From Massalongia carnosa (taxonomy: Eukaryota), in the NCBI GenBank assembly GCA_965645245.1, contig OZ287074.1, forward strand, positions 2,108,001-2,172,000: a stretch of 64,000 nucleotides of DNA, read 5' to 3'. Each line of letters opens with the position of its first letter. Position 1 is the stretch's first letter. The notes beneath the pieces were generated by a model. It searched no databases. It had not been told where the DNA came from and saw only the letters and a list, made by a program, of their open reading frames with translations. The translations under genes and the position numbers were made by a program. This document shows positions 43,586 through 55,806 of this stretch, piece after piece.

Positions 43586-44926
43586 ATGGCCACCATCGGA
43601 GTGTTGTGGTCAAACCTATCCAGTATCGATGCAGAATCTTTTACGTACGCAAACGATATTGCCAATGAATCCAACAATGCATTGCCTTTCGATATCCATC
43701 TACAGAGCCCCAAAACATCGATCAAAAATCTCCCGCACACTCAATCGACGGCTTTCGACGTCAACACAGAGATTGAACATTTTCGTCTGTCTTTTGAGAT
43801 CCTCGCTGTCCTCGAGAAGTACGGCCGACATGTAAATTCTAATGCCCAATGCAGCAACTTCATCATTGGCACTGCGTTGAAACCCCCGGCTTGGATCGGG
43901 AAATACAGGTTTCTCACTCATGTATATCATCATGTGAGACAAACGCAACCAGTGCAGCTGACACTGCCGGCTTTTCCTTGCAAGAGCGTATGTTCTATTC
44001 TTCATGTTTCGATTGGTACTCATTATGGGTCTTTTCGTTTCAAAGTAAAAGTTATGCTGACTTTTGAATCTTTAGTTAAATCGCGTAAATAAGGTGTTGG
44101 GTTATCTCCCTGATCTTGGAGAGGAGCTGGCTTTGTGTCGTCTGCACGCAATGGGTAAGGATATAGAGAAGGTGTATACCCCCGGGGCTCAGGTGAACAT
44201 CGCATCCGATGGTGTGCTATTCAACGGTGAGAGTAAAAGAGAGTCTATGATCGTCAGTCTTTTAGGCTGACCACTCTTTGACCAGATATCCTCGGAATTA
44301 CAGACCAAGATTGCTGGAACTACGGAGAAGCACTTCAAGAAATTATATTTGAAAAAGGGTTGACCACTATCCGATTCACCCGATGCATGAGCCTTCTCGG
44401 CCTTATGTCTGAGAAAGACACAAATAGGGAGACATACCTTGCGAACACAGAGACATGTCGGAGAGAGCTCGAAAGACGATTCGGCCCGTCAGAAGAGGCA
44501 TTAAATAGTTTGATCAAAAGCGACAAAGATACCAGCTTGACCTATTGCGGCATGGTCAAATTTCTTGAGTCTGAGATGGAGACCAGCCCGACTCTAGCGG
44601 GCCAGACACGCTCTGCCAAGATAAGGCTGTACAAGAAGATGGCGAAGAGGATGATGCAACGATCCGAGGCATTCACCTTGGCGATTCGGACCTTAAAACA
44701 TCTCCATGTCCGATTGTCCATGCACCCGTCATCCGGCGCAGTTAAGTTATCGATCCCATTGATCCCGACGTCAGATGGCAACTATCAGAAGTCGCCATGG
44801 CACAGTTGCGTGGCAGTCGGCTTGGACGGAGGATATCGGTGTGTTCATGTCGAGGAGGTAAAGGAATCTCACGATCTAGTATATCAGAATGGACGTCCAT
44901 ACTACTATTGCGAGAGGATTCGTTAA
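43586..44926 (+). CDS. Isocyanide synthase, DIT1/PvcA family, 3 exons, ~397 aa
   Basis: Introns 43988-44075 and 44227-44285 give [64 protein letters not shown], SPWH; true start may lie further upstream. Confidence 0.88.
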
Positions 44927-45106
44927 TCGAAAAGCAAATTGATTAAATAACGAAGCGAGAAAGAAAGGGACCGCGACAGTGGTGCCAGCCTAGACCTATT
45001 GTGCACAATTAATAGTTATCTATCGAATTGAAGCAAAATAATATACCGATGCGTACTTCATTATTCTGCCCGTATATCTTTTTGTATTTACTCATATTAA
45101 TTAAGC

Positions 45107-45149
45107 TCGGCCGGTGACACAACGGCGTAAGAATAATCAAATCAAATCA
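45107..45149 (+). mobile_element. 43-bp ultra-truncated copy of the LINE at 251-5512
   Basis: Identical to 5470-5512; 11-bp TSD ATTAATTAAGC (45096-45106, 45150-45160). Confidence 0.9.
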
Positions 45150-45394
45150 ATTAATTAAGCCAATTCAGAAATGAAAAGGCATTCGTAATTCGTGGGCTCC
45201 ATCGTGTCAGCTGAACATATACATTACTTCTATCCATATTTGGGCAACTCTACCCTCGCTACTGCCCTGCTGGCGCTTAGTTTTGCTGAGAGCCCCTCCT
45301 ATAATGGCTTTGTTAGGGTAGTAGTGAGGGGAAAAACTCCCAACCCCAAGTAGGGAATGGCCCACCTACGGTAGTGCTCGGAACGTGGTGGGGG

Positions 45395-47296
45395 GTCGTT
45401 GAAATGAAGGGAAGTCGCTATTAATTGGTCCGGGTGTGTCTGAATGTACAATTGATACGAGTCTGATTTCCATCGGCCCAAGGTCTGAATATCTTCCTCT
45501 AGCAAGCCCGAGTTCTTGGCCGTTGTTGCTGCACCCCGTCGAAACGAATGACCCGAGTAATTCCCTCGGACGCCAATTGCCCGGAGGCCACTCCGTAGAG
45601 CCTACACTAAATATTCACGAGTGAAGGCTTTGTCCTGAACTTGGAACAATGGGGACGATGCTGGTTTCGGGAATCGGGTAAACAAGTTCCGAGTGGAGGT
45701 GATCGAGCATGCTTCGTTGTTTGTTGCTGCGATATAAATTATTCTATCCCTTCGAAAAGGGTCCGGCTTGGATGACGGTAGGGAAAGAATTATTCGATTC
45801 GCTTGTAGATCCACCGATTTCCTAGTTAAATGTCATGAATCGAAGCTGAAGTCTTGTATTTCTCCCTGTTTATAGGTAAATTCTCCAGCTCTTAAGAAGG
45901 CGACAAATGCGATGCTGTATGCTGCATGTAGTGTTGCATGGACCTCGTTGGTAGTGTCTAGTTTCCGTAGCAATTTTATCAAAACGTTGCGTGTGATTGG
46001 TAGCCTTTTTCGTCTTTCTGGTTCACCGTGCATTCGTTTCATTCCCACTATTATTCTGTCTAGGACTGGATGGTGAAAGACCTCTAGGTCCCTAGGCCCA
46101 TGTTCAATTGGCTCGATCGTACTCCAGCTAAATAGTTTTTGATGATTTTGGGCGGAGCCCTCGCTGACCCAGGGCGGCTATCCATGCCGAAAGACTTCGA
46201 ATTGTCGCTGGAAAGGGAAGGAAATTCGTTGCCAAATGAAAGTGGGTCGTGTAGCTTTTCCGGGCTGCATCGTATAACCCTCGAGTCCTAATTGCTATGC
46301 CTCACCATAAATATCTGGCTGCTCGGCGATCCAGCGGAACCTCGTTATACCAAGTATCTGGGGGGCCGCGGGCGAGTGACGCCGTTATTTGTTCGATAAA
46401 ATGCCCTGTAGGTTGGGGTAATTGTCAGTGATTTTTCCAAATAGTCCTCGGGACAACCAAACTGCTAAGAAATTTCTTTGGTAGACAGCCAGTGAGGTTC
46501 AATCTCAATGTCACATTTGCCGCCATCATGGCGATATTCCGGAGGGGATGCATGGCCCCGCCCCGAATGGAGGCCTTTTTGACCCCGGACATTACAGCAA
46601 AGCTGTCGCAATAAAGAAGATGAGCTCCGTTGCACTAGGGAGCCACCGCCGTATGGCGTGCAGATCGCTGTCATCTCCTTCTCATTGATATTTTTGGCTC
46701 TGAGCCTGGTGTTATAACGTTCAGAAACCACTTGCTCAGCGGGCAATGTGTGTGGTCTGACCACCTTGAAGTATGTATGCCCCAATTCCGAAGTCCCCAC
46801 TGGCATCCGTCCGGAGACGGAGCAGGGGTCTCGAAGGGCTAATAATCATTGATATGTTCGGCTCTGAGCCTGGTGGTATAACGTTCAGAAACCACTTGAC
46901 CACCTTGAAGTATGTATGCCCCGATTCCAAAGTCCCCACTGGCATCCGTCTAGAGACGGAGCAGGGGTCTCGAAGGGCTAATAATGTGTATGCCGTTCCA
47001 TAATGGAAGGAAATGGATGCCACCATAAAAGATCAGCTTTTATGTGAGAACTGGTATTCATAAATGGGCGCGCGGGCCCGATTTTGCAGTTGAAAAGGCG
47101 TCGGAGAAAAGTTCTTTCCGGCACCACCACTTTGGCTACAAAGCCCAGAAATCCCAGGAAGAGTGTCTAGCTCGTTTCTGGTTATCGTGGATTTATTCAA
47201 TGTGTTTGGACGAGATCCTTCGCTTTCTGAAGCTTTTCGGCCGGGTAGTCGTGCCTGCATGAGGTGTGTGTCCAGCTCGATGCCCAGGAATTCGAC
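45395..47296 (-). mobile_element. Second Ngaro/DIRS remnant (RT end, RNase H, YR), heavily frameshifted
   Basis: VEFLGIELDT, RTDASGDFGIG, NINEKEM, FLRAGEF, SKPDPF, GHSFRRG, LGRWKSDSYQLY. Confidence 0.85.
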
Positions 47297-47298
47297 TA

Positions 47299-48964
47299 AT
47301 CGTCGGCTAGTCTCTCGCGGCCGACTCGAGGCGTTCGCTTCTAGTCGGGGAAAGCAAAGTTCGGCGGAAAGCAAAGTCAACTTTTACACGCAAAAAATCA
47401 ATCAAATAACGATGGGAATTTTTTTCTACAAAGATCAAGCATGAAAAGTGTTATAATAGTAGTTATACTAATTGCTCCTGAAAATCATCCTCGTCGCTGT
47501 CGTCGACATCGTCGCCTACTCCCTCTTCCATTTCAAAGGCAACGAAGTCTTTTTGTAGACGAATAGAATCGCCTTCACCTATAAATCGTAGATTTTGATC
47601 ACCTACAGTATCCATGATAAAGGTAGTCTCTGTCTCTTCCTCTTCATCATTGAATATATGAGTATCTTTTACTCCTTTCTTCGTCTTTTTTTTGGTCTCT
47701 TCCGTCTGCCAAGTAATGTCGCTCGCCTTCCAAATGGCCTTAGGATCATCAATTGGAGTCAACATTTCATCGGATATGCTAACTCCTTATTTTGCGAGAT
47801 CTTTAATATGTTTTATTCTGATCTTTTCATTCTTTCGAGCGATAACACCTTCCGCGTGTACACTATCTCTTTTCATTCGCCATATTCTCATGAAGTTGTT
47901 GTGCTCTCGTTTCTTTTCTATCTGCTCATCTTTTTACTGTCTTTCAACAATTGCTCATTGCGCATCCTCTTTCGTGAGTCCTAATCCTCCGTCTGTCGAG
48001 TAATTAGGTCTTAATCGCTTGCGAGAAGTTGCTCTCTGTAGTAATTCATTGCTTCTTCGCTCATGATGAAGTGACAGTTCGAATTTCGTAAACGTCGACT
48101 TGGCAACAACTTCCTTCGTATTACTCGCAAATTCCTCTAACTCCTGTTCCCGGACTGGATCACTCCATTGTGTATTATCGCGAATTTTGGGTAGCCATTC
48201 GAGTAATCCTCTTTCAACATCATCAAACGTTTTAGGTTGAACTCGTGGCAATGTTGGGAGAGATGATGTTGGAAAAGAAGAAGAATTACTCTCACTTTGC
48301 GAAGGTACAAACTTCTTTAGCTGTTCAGTGCATTTCTTCTCATTAATAGGCCACATTCCAGATTTTTCAAAGGCAGATTGAATAGTGGATTGCTTGAATG
48401 TGTTATCTCGTATTTTGGTGGGATCTTGACAAAATCGAGTTATTGTATACTCTACATTGAACTCCACATCGTATCTTGAATGGCCATATCATGCCAATGT
48501 TTATAAGGTTGAAACACTCCTATATAAAGCGGTTGCATATAATGCGTCAAGTGTGGTATCAAGGATAAAGACGAATCCAGTTTTCATTGGCAAGCTTGAT
48601 GAATTCAGGAGTAACATGACTACATTGATTATCCATGAGTATTAACTTCCAATTACTCTCAAATCCTGCATCAGAATTTTCAATGTAATATTGCAGATAT
48701 GCAATCGTTATTTTATCCGATGTGAATCCATTTTCTGACGAAACAATTCGAGTTCCTTTAGGCAGTTCGTCTGCAGACCAATTGCTTATCATATCATGAA
48801 CTTATATGACAAGTAAAGGAGGTGGCGCATAAGCACCGGCGGCGTTTATATTCTCGAAAATGGTGATAGATTTTCTATTCTCAGGACTAATAGAATAATA
48901 CTCCTTTACATCTGTTGGAACCAAAATTTCATGTCCCTTTATGCAACCAACTCGAAAACCAGCC
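47299..48964 (-). mobile_element. 3' part of a pogo-like element (ATCGT-ended family), decayed
   Basis: TA+ATCGTCGGC terminus as at 53607; GFRVGC, SPENRKS, LMDNQCSH, FQPYKHW motifs. Confidence 0.8.
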
Positions 48965-49060
48965 TACGCCGCGCAACGGGTTGGGTTAAACCCGTCGGGT
49001 TTGGGTCGGGTTCGGATTTTTTATGCGGGTTTCCGGGTTGAACCGTTCAACCAGGTCAGT
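48965..49060 (+). mobile_element. Terminal fragment of a hAT-like element
   Basis: TACGCCGCGCAACGGG terminus shared with 55990; CGGGTT subterminal repeats. Confidence 0.55.
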
Positions 49061-49155
49061 TTTTTCAGCAAATTAAATATAAAAATAGTTAAATAGTATG
49101 TCAGGTAGGGAGGAGAGAAGACTGCATGAAGGTGTGTTCTATTGAGATCTGTCTA

Positions 49156-51185
49156 ATCGTGCTAAACCACTTTCGGAATAGAAGGGCATCCCTTAGTGCT
49201 TACCATCTCAATGACGCATTGGGCTCAATGTCGTTTTTTTCACCATCTACCCGCCATCTTTGACACGTAAACACCCCACACTATGCCCTCTGATTCTTAT
49301 TATAAACTCGAAAATCATATTGAAGAGGCCATCGACGCGCTTCATGATGGTTGGTATAAGAATTGCACCAAGGCTGCGCGTGCATACGACGTGCCCATTC
49401 GTCAACTTCAAAGACGATGGAATGGGTCCAATTCGAAAAGCACCCGCCCTAGCACCAAAAAAGCTCTTACGAAGGAGCAAGAGAAGACAATTCGCGAGTA
49501 TATTGATCGATGTGACCGGTTCAATATGTGCGCTAGGCCAAAGATGATTGTGGGGGCGGCGAATTATCTGATTCGATCAGAGAATCGAAAGATGGGGGCA
49601 TCAGTGGTTCAATCGATTTCTTGAACGAAATCCACAGTACAACAAGCGCAAACAAAAGCCCCTGTCGACGGATCGAAAAAACAGTCACAGTCTCATAGAT
49701 ATGCGGGATTATTTCTATAAATTGAAGGCTGCTATTGAGAATAAGGGCATTACCGACGTGGACGTTTGGAGCATGGATGAAACAGGCTTTCGCATTGGCT
49801 GTGGGCGGGCTCAAATGGTGATTACTATGGACCCGAAAAAGCCTTTGCGAATGACGGACCCGGACAAACGTGATTATATCACAACGGTGGAGTGTATAAG
49901 TTCTGGAGGGGAGGTGATTCCCCCTTTGACCATCATTTCAGGGATGCAGATTTTACATAAATGGTGTCAGGAAAATGATCTACATGATAACATTCTCATT
50001 GGCACCAGCGACAGTGGTTATTCAAATGTTGATTTAGCTATGGACTGGTTGAATCACTTTATCGAGCATACGAGTAGCAAAAGGCAAGGTGCATGGCTAC
50101 TTTTAATCATTGACGGTTTTGGATCGCATATGACCATCCCATTTTTTGAAGTAGCGACTGCCAACAATATCGTTTTGTTTCGATTACCAGCTCATTCTAC
50201 TCACCTCACCCAGACAAGCCGGGCCGTGGATGGGCTTATGGTCCCGGAATGGACTGGGCCGCACGCGCGGTAAAACAATATTGTTTTGTTTCGATTACCA
50301 GCTCATTCTACTCACCTCACCCAGCTATTAGACGTAGGTGTTTTTCAACCGTTCAAACACTATCACACCGAGGAAATAGATCGGGCTGTCCGGTTGGGGA
50401 CTGTCAGTTTGGTAAGCTGGAATTTCTCGCTGCATTTCAGGGCTTCCGAAATGAAACGTTCAAACCATCCACCATCCGTCATGCGTTCAAATCAACCGGT
50501 ATCGTACCATTTGACCCAAACGTTGTCCTGGACAAAATTCGAGAAAAGGAGGCACGATTGAGGGAGTCAGTCATTCGAACTCCCTTCCCCCCCCCCTTCT
50601 ATTGAATCAACGCACACCCTATAGGCCCGAATCGGTTGTTCGGTACGGTCGAAAGCTTCAGAGAGCATTGGCAAAGCGGGACCCAATGATAAACTGAAGG
50701 TTCAACAGGTTGAACGGTTCGTTCGCGGTTCGGTGGCATCCGCTCATGCTGTAGATTTGACCACTTGAGACCTTCAAGCCATGCAGGAAGCAGTTTCATC
50801 ACGTCAGAAACGAGCCGTTCTTGGTAGATAGGTGGCCTCTCAGGGTGGAATCATCAAGGTAAGTCAGTGTAGGGAGCTTTGTTTAAAAAGAAAGCAGAAG
50901 GAGGAGGAAAAGGCGAAACGGACGAAGGCTAGGGAGGAGAAAGCGACTGAGGAAAAAAAAGATTCTCAGCTGAATCAAATAGCCTTTCTCATCAACGACA
51001 CACCTTTGGTAGATTTGTCAATTCCCTACGTATCAAAATTGAAACATTCACAATCGGGGTTGTTTTGATGATGTGGTGAATTTTTGGTGGGTAGATGGTG
51101 AAAAAAACGACATTGAGCCCAATGCGTCATTGAGATGGTAAGCACTAAGGAATGCCCTTCTATTCCGAAAGTGGTTTGGCACGAT
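49156..51185 (+). mobile_element. pogo-like DNA transposon with ~95-bp TIRs; frameshifted DDE_1 transposase (49283-51068)
   Basis: TIR ATCGTGC(T/C)AAACCACTTTCGG...CCATCTACCC; TA TSD confirmed by the empty site near 53452; SMDETGF, IIDGFGSH, TQLLDVG. Confidence 0.93.
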
Positions 51186-51227
51186 TACATGGCTATTATA
51201 TACTACCTAGCGCGCCAAGGCTCGTAG

Positions 51228-51390
51228 TGTTAGATACCAACCTATGGCGCTAGACATTATTATGGTCACGTGTAACAGTAGACCTATTGCGGTATGCGGC
51301 ACGCATCCTGGACTAGGATGATTTTAGACCTTAGAAGTAGAGTCATAGAATCATTAATATAACAAAAATGAATAACCTCATACTTCTACA
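51228..51390 (+). mobile_element. Solo LTR (163 bp)
   Basis: TG...CA ends, TSD CGTAG. Confidence 0.85.
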
Positions 51391-51530
51391 CGTAGGGCTG
51401 CGCTACATCTATAAAGGGGGTTGGAGGATAATTTAACACTCCCCTTTCCGATCAATTTCCTTATTCGGTGTAGCCGTGGTGAAGGCAATATGAAAATACA
51501 GCAACAGATCGAAGACAATATCACTCTCTC

Positions 51531-52142
51531 CCACCACAGAACGCATCAAGGAACGCTGGGACTCCAAATGGAAGACGTACCAGAACCGCATTCCCCGCCC
51601 GACAGAGGCACAGTTGGGATCCCTCAGTAGGACGAGACCGAAGATTCACAATAACCTGATGAAAGCGGAAAGCGCGCTAGCCACGCAAATCCGCACCGAA
51701 AAAATAGGCTTGGCAAACTTCCTGTTCAATCGTCGTGCGGATGGCAGAAGCAGACAGCCAAACACATTATTCTACAATGCAGGCTAATCGACGGCAGATA
51801 CGAAGTGCTAAAACAAATAGGCACCAAAGACTATCGAACGATCACGAGCTCGTCGAAAATGTTGAAAAACTAACCACATGGATAATAAAAGCAAATTTGA
51901 TGACCCAATTTTCACTAGCATCGCAACTGTTATACGAGTGATAACTCTCATTTTGTCAAGGATTTCACAGAACATCGAGCGAAGAATGTAGTCCAGAAAC
52001 GGAACACGTTTGGGATAATGGCGCAGTCTGCATGGTTTTTATCCCTTTAAAAGGGTTTCCCTGTAAGAATAAGTAGATAGCCGGCATGGGCCGGCCTTCG
52101 GCCGGTGTCAGATCGGTACAAGAATCAATCATCATCAGCATC
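51531..52142 (+). mobile_element. 5'-truncated Tad LINE
   Basis: 13-bp TSD ATATCACTCTCTC; KAESALATQIRTEKIGLANFL; hairpin and (ATC)n tail. Confidence 0.9.
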
Positions 52143-52329
52143 ATATCACTCTCTCATGTGAAAGAAAGTTAAAATTGAAAAAACCCCCTCGTGCCAACAA
52201 AACAGGTGCTAACGAAGTTTGTTGTTCTTCCTGCACTTCCCTCCATGATGGCAATCACAAGCGATGTGCTCCCTCATGCTAGTTGTCCTCTCTTCGCACC
52301 TTCCATCCCATCCCTTTAGGTGAAAGCAC

Positions 52330-52542
52330 AGCTGCTCCCTCATTTGGGTTATACTTCCTTCATGGTGGCAGGATATCTGCTCCCCTATTCGAGTTGTATT
52401 CCCCTCATGATGGCAGGGCATCTGCTTCCCCATTCGGGTTATACTCCCTTCATGGTGGGAGGACATCTGCTCCCCCATTCGGGTTGTACTCCATTCATGG
52501 TAGCAGGGCATCTGCTCACCCATTCGGGTTATACTCCCTTAT
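52330..52542. repeat. 48-bp tandem repeat, ~4.5 copies
   Basis: CATCTGCTCCCCCATTCGGGTTATACTCCCTTCATGGTGGCAGGG-like units. Confidence 0.85.
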
Positions 52543-53372
52543 CCCCTCCATCATAGCAGCTGTCTGCTTCTCATGTCGGTCTCTTCCTATACCCGATGGG
52601 TGTTCCTATTCCTTGAACGGAGTCCTCCCGCTATGATGGCAGCTTATCTGCTCTCTCATATCGGTAGTCCCGGACACCCTGCGGTACCTCCTTCATATAT
52701 CCCCTATCTCCCCCACGGCATTCGGTGAAACGATATCCGAAAGATAGAATGGTGATAGTTAGGGATTTTGCCTGAGGATGTCGTGTAGGCGGAGGTCGTA
52801 ATCTCTAAAAAAGGAATAAAGGTCTGAAATTAATATAAGACCGAAGGTCGAGATAAAGTTCGAATAAATTGGGTGGTGAGTGGGTTTTTGTGCGAATGGA
52901 TCACTGAGGTTGAGACTATTTTGGACGAAGGACATCGATAGTAGTAGTTAAATAGCTAGTAGTCGATGTGTTAGAAAAGAAATCGATCTGGAGGCCTTCA
53001 TAAAAACCGATCGATAATTGAAGTCGAAAGGGCAGTCTTTTGGGAACTGTATCGAGTTTGAATAGCGACGAGGCGGTTGGTAGGTTCAACTGTGTCGCTG
53101 GATGGCCGAGTGAATATTTGATTTGGCGACCTCTCATCGTCGCCGGTTTGGCTTGTTTGTCTTCCGCTAAAAACACGTATCGAGCTGCCGTTTTCACCTG
53201 ATTTGTCTCTTGACCCTCAAGAGACTCGTAAGCAGTTGCCGAAGTGCTAATTCTCTCTTACCAAAAGAGACCGTAAAAAGCTGCCGGAATTCAGAGAATT
53301 CACGCGCTCTGACCGTGGACACGCATACATCTCCCTTTATCCATGCCTACAAGGGGAAGCCTCATGCTAACC

Positions 53373-53538
53373 CGGGCTCATAACCAGTTAAATGGTATAT
53401 CAGGTAGGGAGGAGAGAAGACTGCATAAAGGTGTGTTCTATTGAGATCTGTCTACATGGCTATTATATACTGCCTAGCGCGCCAAGGCTCGCAGGGGTGC
53501 GCTACACCTTTAAAGGGGGTTGGAGGGTAATTTAACAC
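53373..53538 (-). mobile_element. Copia 5' LTR (53538-53385) with PBS GGTTATGAGCCC
   Basis: TGTTAAAT...ATTTAACT followed immediately by the PBS; downstream sequence has no recognisable gag. Confidence 0.75.
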
Positions 53539-54472
53539 GAACGAAATATTATTATCGTGTACATTATTTCTTTTCATTTTTCAAATTCTTGATAATAATA
53601 ATGATAATCGTCGGCCTCGCTTAGCTGCCTCCATACGAGGTGTACAAGGGTACCACCTCTAGTCGGGGAAAGCGGTCTGCGTAGGCAAGCGATCTGCGTA
53701 GTTGCAATCTCAGGATTCACCCATTTTACCACCTATTTTGTAGCTTTTTGCAACACTTCTCGACCACAACCTGCGACCGTTAGCTATTATTATTCATACC
53801 ATAGATAGATATCAACTGCATATCCTTACTACTCATTGATTAACCGGGATATTCACATTTATTCAATCGCGACCGCATCAGTTGCATGCCTCCTATTTCG
53901 TCAATCGCTCACTCCCTATTTCATCAACCGCTCCCCACCTCAAGCATGATTAGTAGCAGTATCGTGAATAAGAACCTTATTAAAACCAGTGATTGTATTG
54001 CAACGCGCGTGCAAAATGCTTAGCAGTTTTATTAAGAAACCCCAAGGAGAGTATCGTTTGCGCTGCTCGAATCTTCGACTTCGTCGACATCACTCTATAC
54101 AGTTCAATTGAACGTGAAAAGACGCCGCCGAAGAAATTTAAAGGGTAGAACAAAATACTGGAGGAGTATCAGGTCAGAGCCATTCACGAATCCATTCGAT
54201 CTCTGAATGCGTATGGCATTCAACCTACGCATAAAGTGGGTTTTGCTGCCATTAAGACTCTAAAACGTGCTCAAGATGCCGAATTCAATGATCAAGTCCG
54301 CGGTGGTTTAGGCAACGGTGGAAAGATAATGGCCTACACAAGATAAAGACTAAGCCACTGGCAGTTGTTCGATATACTGCGGCTCAGGAGCCAGATGTAA
54401 GATTATGGTTTTATCAATATCAGCGGGTTCTTGCAGAGTTGGGGATAACTCATTCACAAGATATCTGGAGTT

Positions 54473-54705
54473 TGTGACGAGAAGGACTCAATGAGATAAG
54501 ATCAGGTGGTACGAAGTCTTTGCTATATGTAGGCTATCGGATATTTACAAGACGTTCGACAAGGAAGAAAGAAAATCTCAACAGCGAAAGCAAAGATATA
54601 ATCTTTCCGTTGATCTCGCTAACCATGCTGAGCCTAGCCCTCGCTTATCATTCAAGCCTTAGCGCCGTGACTCGATTCGGGTGCTAGCGAGGCAGTACCG
54701 TGACA
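54473..54705. mobile_element. Solo LTR (233 bp)
   Basis: TG...CA ends, TSD GAGTT. Confidence 0.85.
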
Positions 54706-55592
54706 GAGTTTAGATAAAGCAGGATTTCGAGTTGAGTGTATGAAGGGTCATAAAATTCTAGTTCCATCAGATATTAAGAAGTTCTATTCAATCAGTCCAG
54801 AAAATCGCAAATCTCTCATCATAATCGAAAGTATCAACGCCGCCGTTAATCAACAACCTTTCCCCGTTTTAATTATGCAAGGTCGTAGAATAATGCAGAA
54901 CTGGTTCCAAGAGGGGCTGCCCACAGGGAATCTGACTGAAGTATCAAAAAGTGGTTTCATCACCGATAAAATAGCCACTGAATTTTTGAAGCATTTCATT
55001 ACGAATACAAACTCGGGGCCTACAAAGCAGTAGAAATTGATGCTCATGGATAATTATGGAACTTACTTATTGCACCCCTGAGTTTGTAAAGCTTGCAAAT
55101 GAAAATCACATTCGCCCTCTCTCCCTGATAGCACATCTTACTCATTGTATGCAACCCCTTGATGTGGGTGTATTTCAACCCTATAAGCATTGGCATGATA
55201 AAGCTATCCAAGATGTCCTTGCAGAGATCAATAGTAAGAATAATGAGAATGATGAGAATGATGAGAATGATGAGGGTAATGAGGGTGATGAGGATTAGCA
55301 GTTTAACTTTTATCAAGGGGGCTATCGTCAGACTAGGAGTAACTATTAGAACGCACAGTTGATATATATCTACTTATTAATAATATTTGCAGATGAGGTT
55401 GAAAATAAAGCAAATAGAGGTTGCAAATCATGATGAGACGGCGTCGCAAATGAGTCGTAAATAGGTGATTAAACTAGTGAAATTGGAAAAATATAATGTA
55501 TTCCCGGTTGATAAATGAGCAGTTAGGATGTGCAGTTGATATCTATCTATGTTATGAATAATAACAGCTATCGGTCGTAGGTTGCAGTCGAG

Positions 55593-55806
55593 TGTCAGGA
55601 CTCGGGTGTGGGAGCGCTAAATACAACGGCTCTTTCCGACCGAAGCTTCGGAGATAAGCTTCTAGAGCCAGATGGAAACTTCGAGAAGAAGGGCAAACGG
55701 GGCATATAGATTTCACATTCCTCTTTGTAGATAGATTTCTCTTCTTCATGCTTAGTCTCTTAGGTAGCTGACTACTATTCGTCTTCCCTGGATAGTGGTT
55801 CTTACA
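55593..55806 (+). mobile_element. Solo LTR inside the right TIR of the pogo element
   Basis: TSD TCGAG; near-identical to 6024-6236. Confidence 0.9.

Larger units (their letters stand above)
49087..51438 (-). mobile_element. Copia-type LTR interrupted by a pogo element and a second solo LTR
   Basis: After removing the inserts it matches the uninterrupted LTR at 53385-53538. Confidence 0.85.

Noticed and set aside
55044..55316. Hydrophobic Ile/Leu ORF as a membrane peptide
   Set aside because: It is the antisense reading of a (GATGAGAAT)n microsatellite at ~55237-55295.
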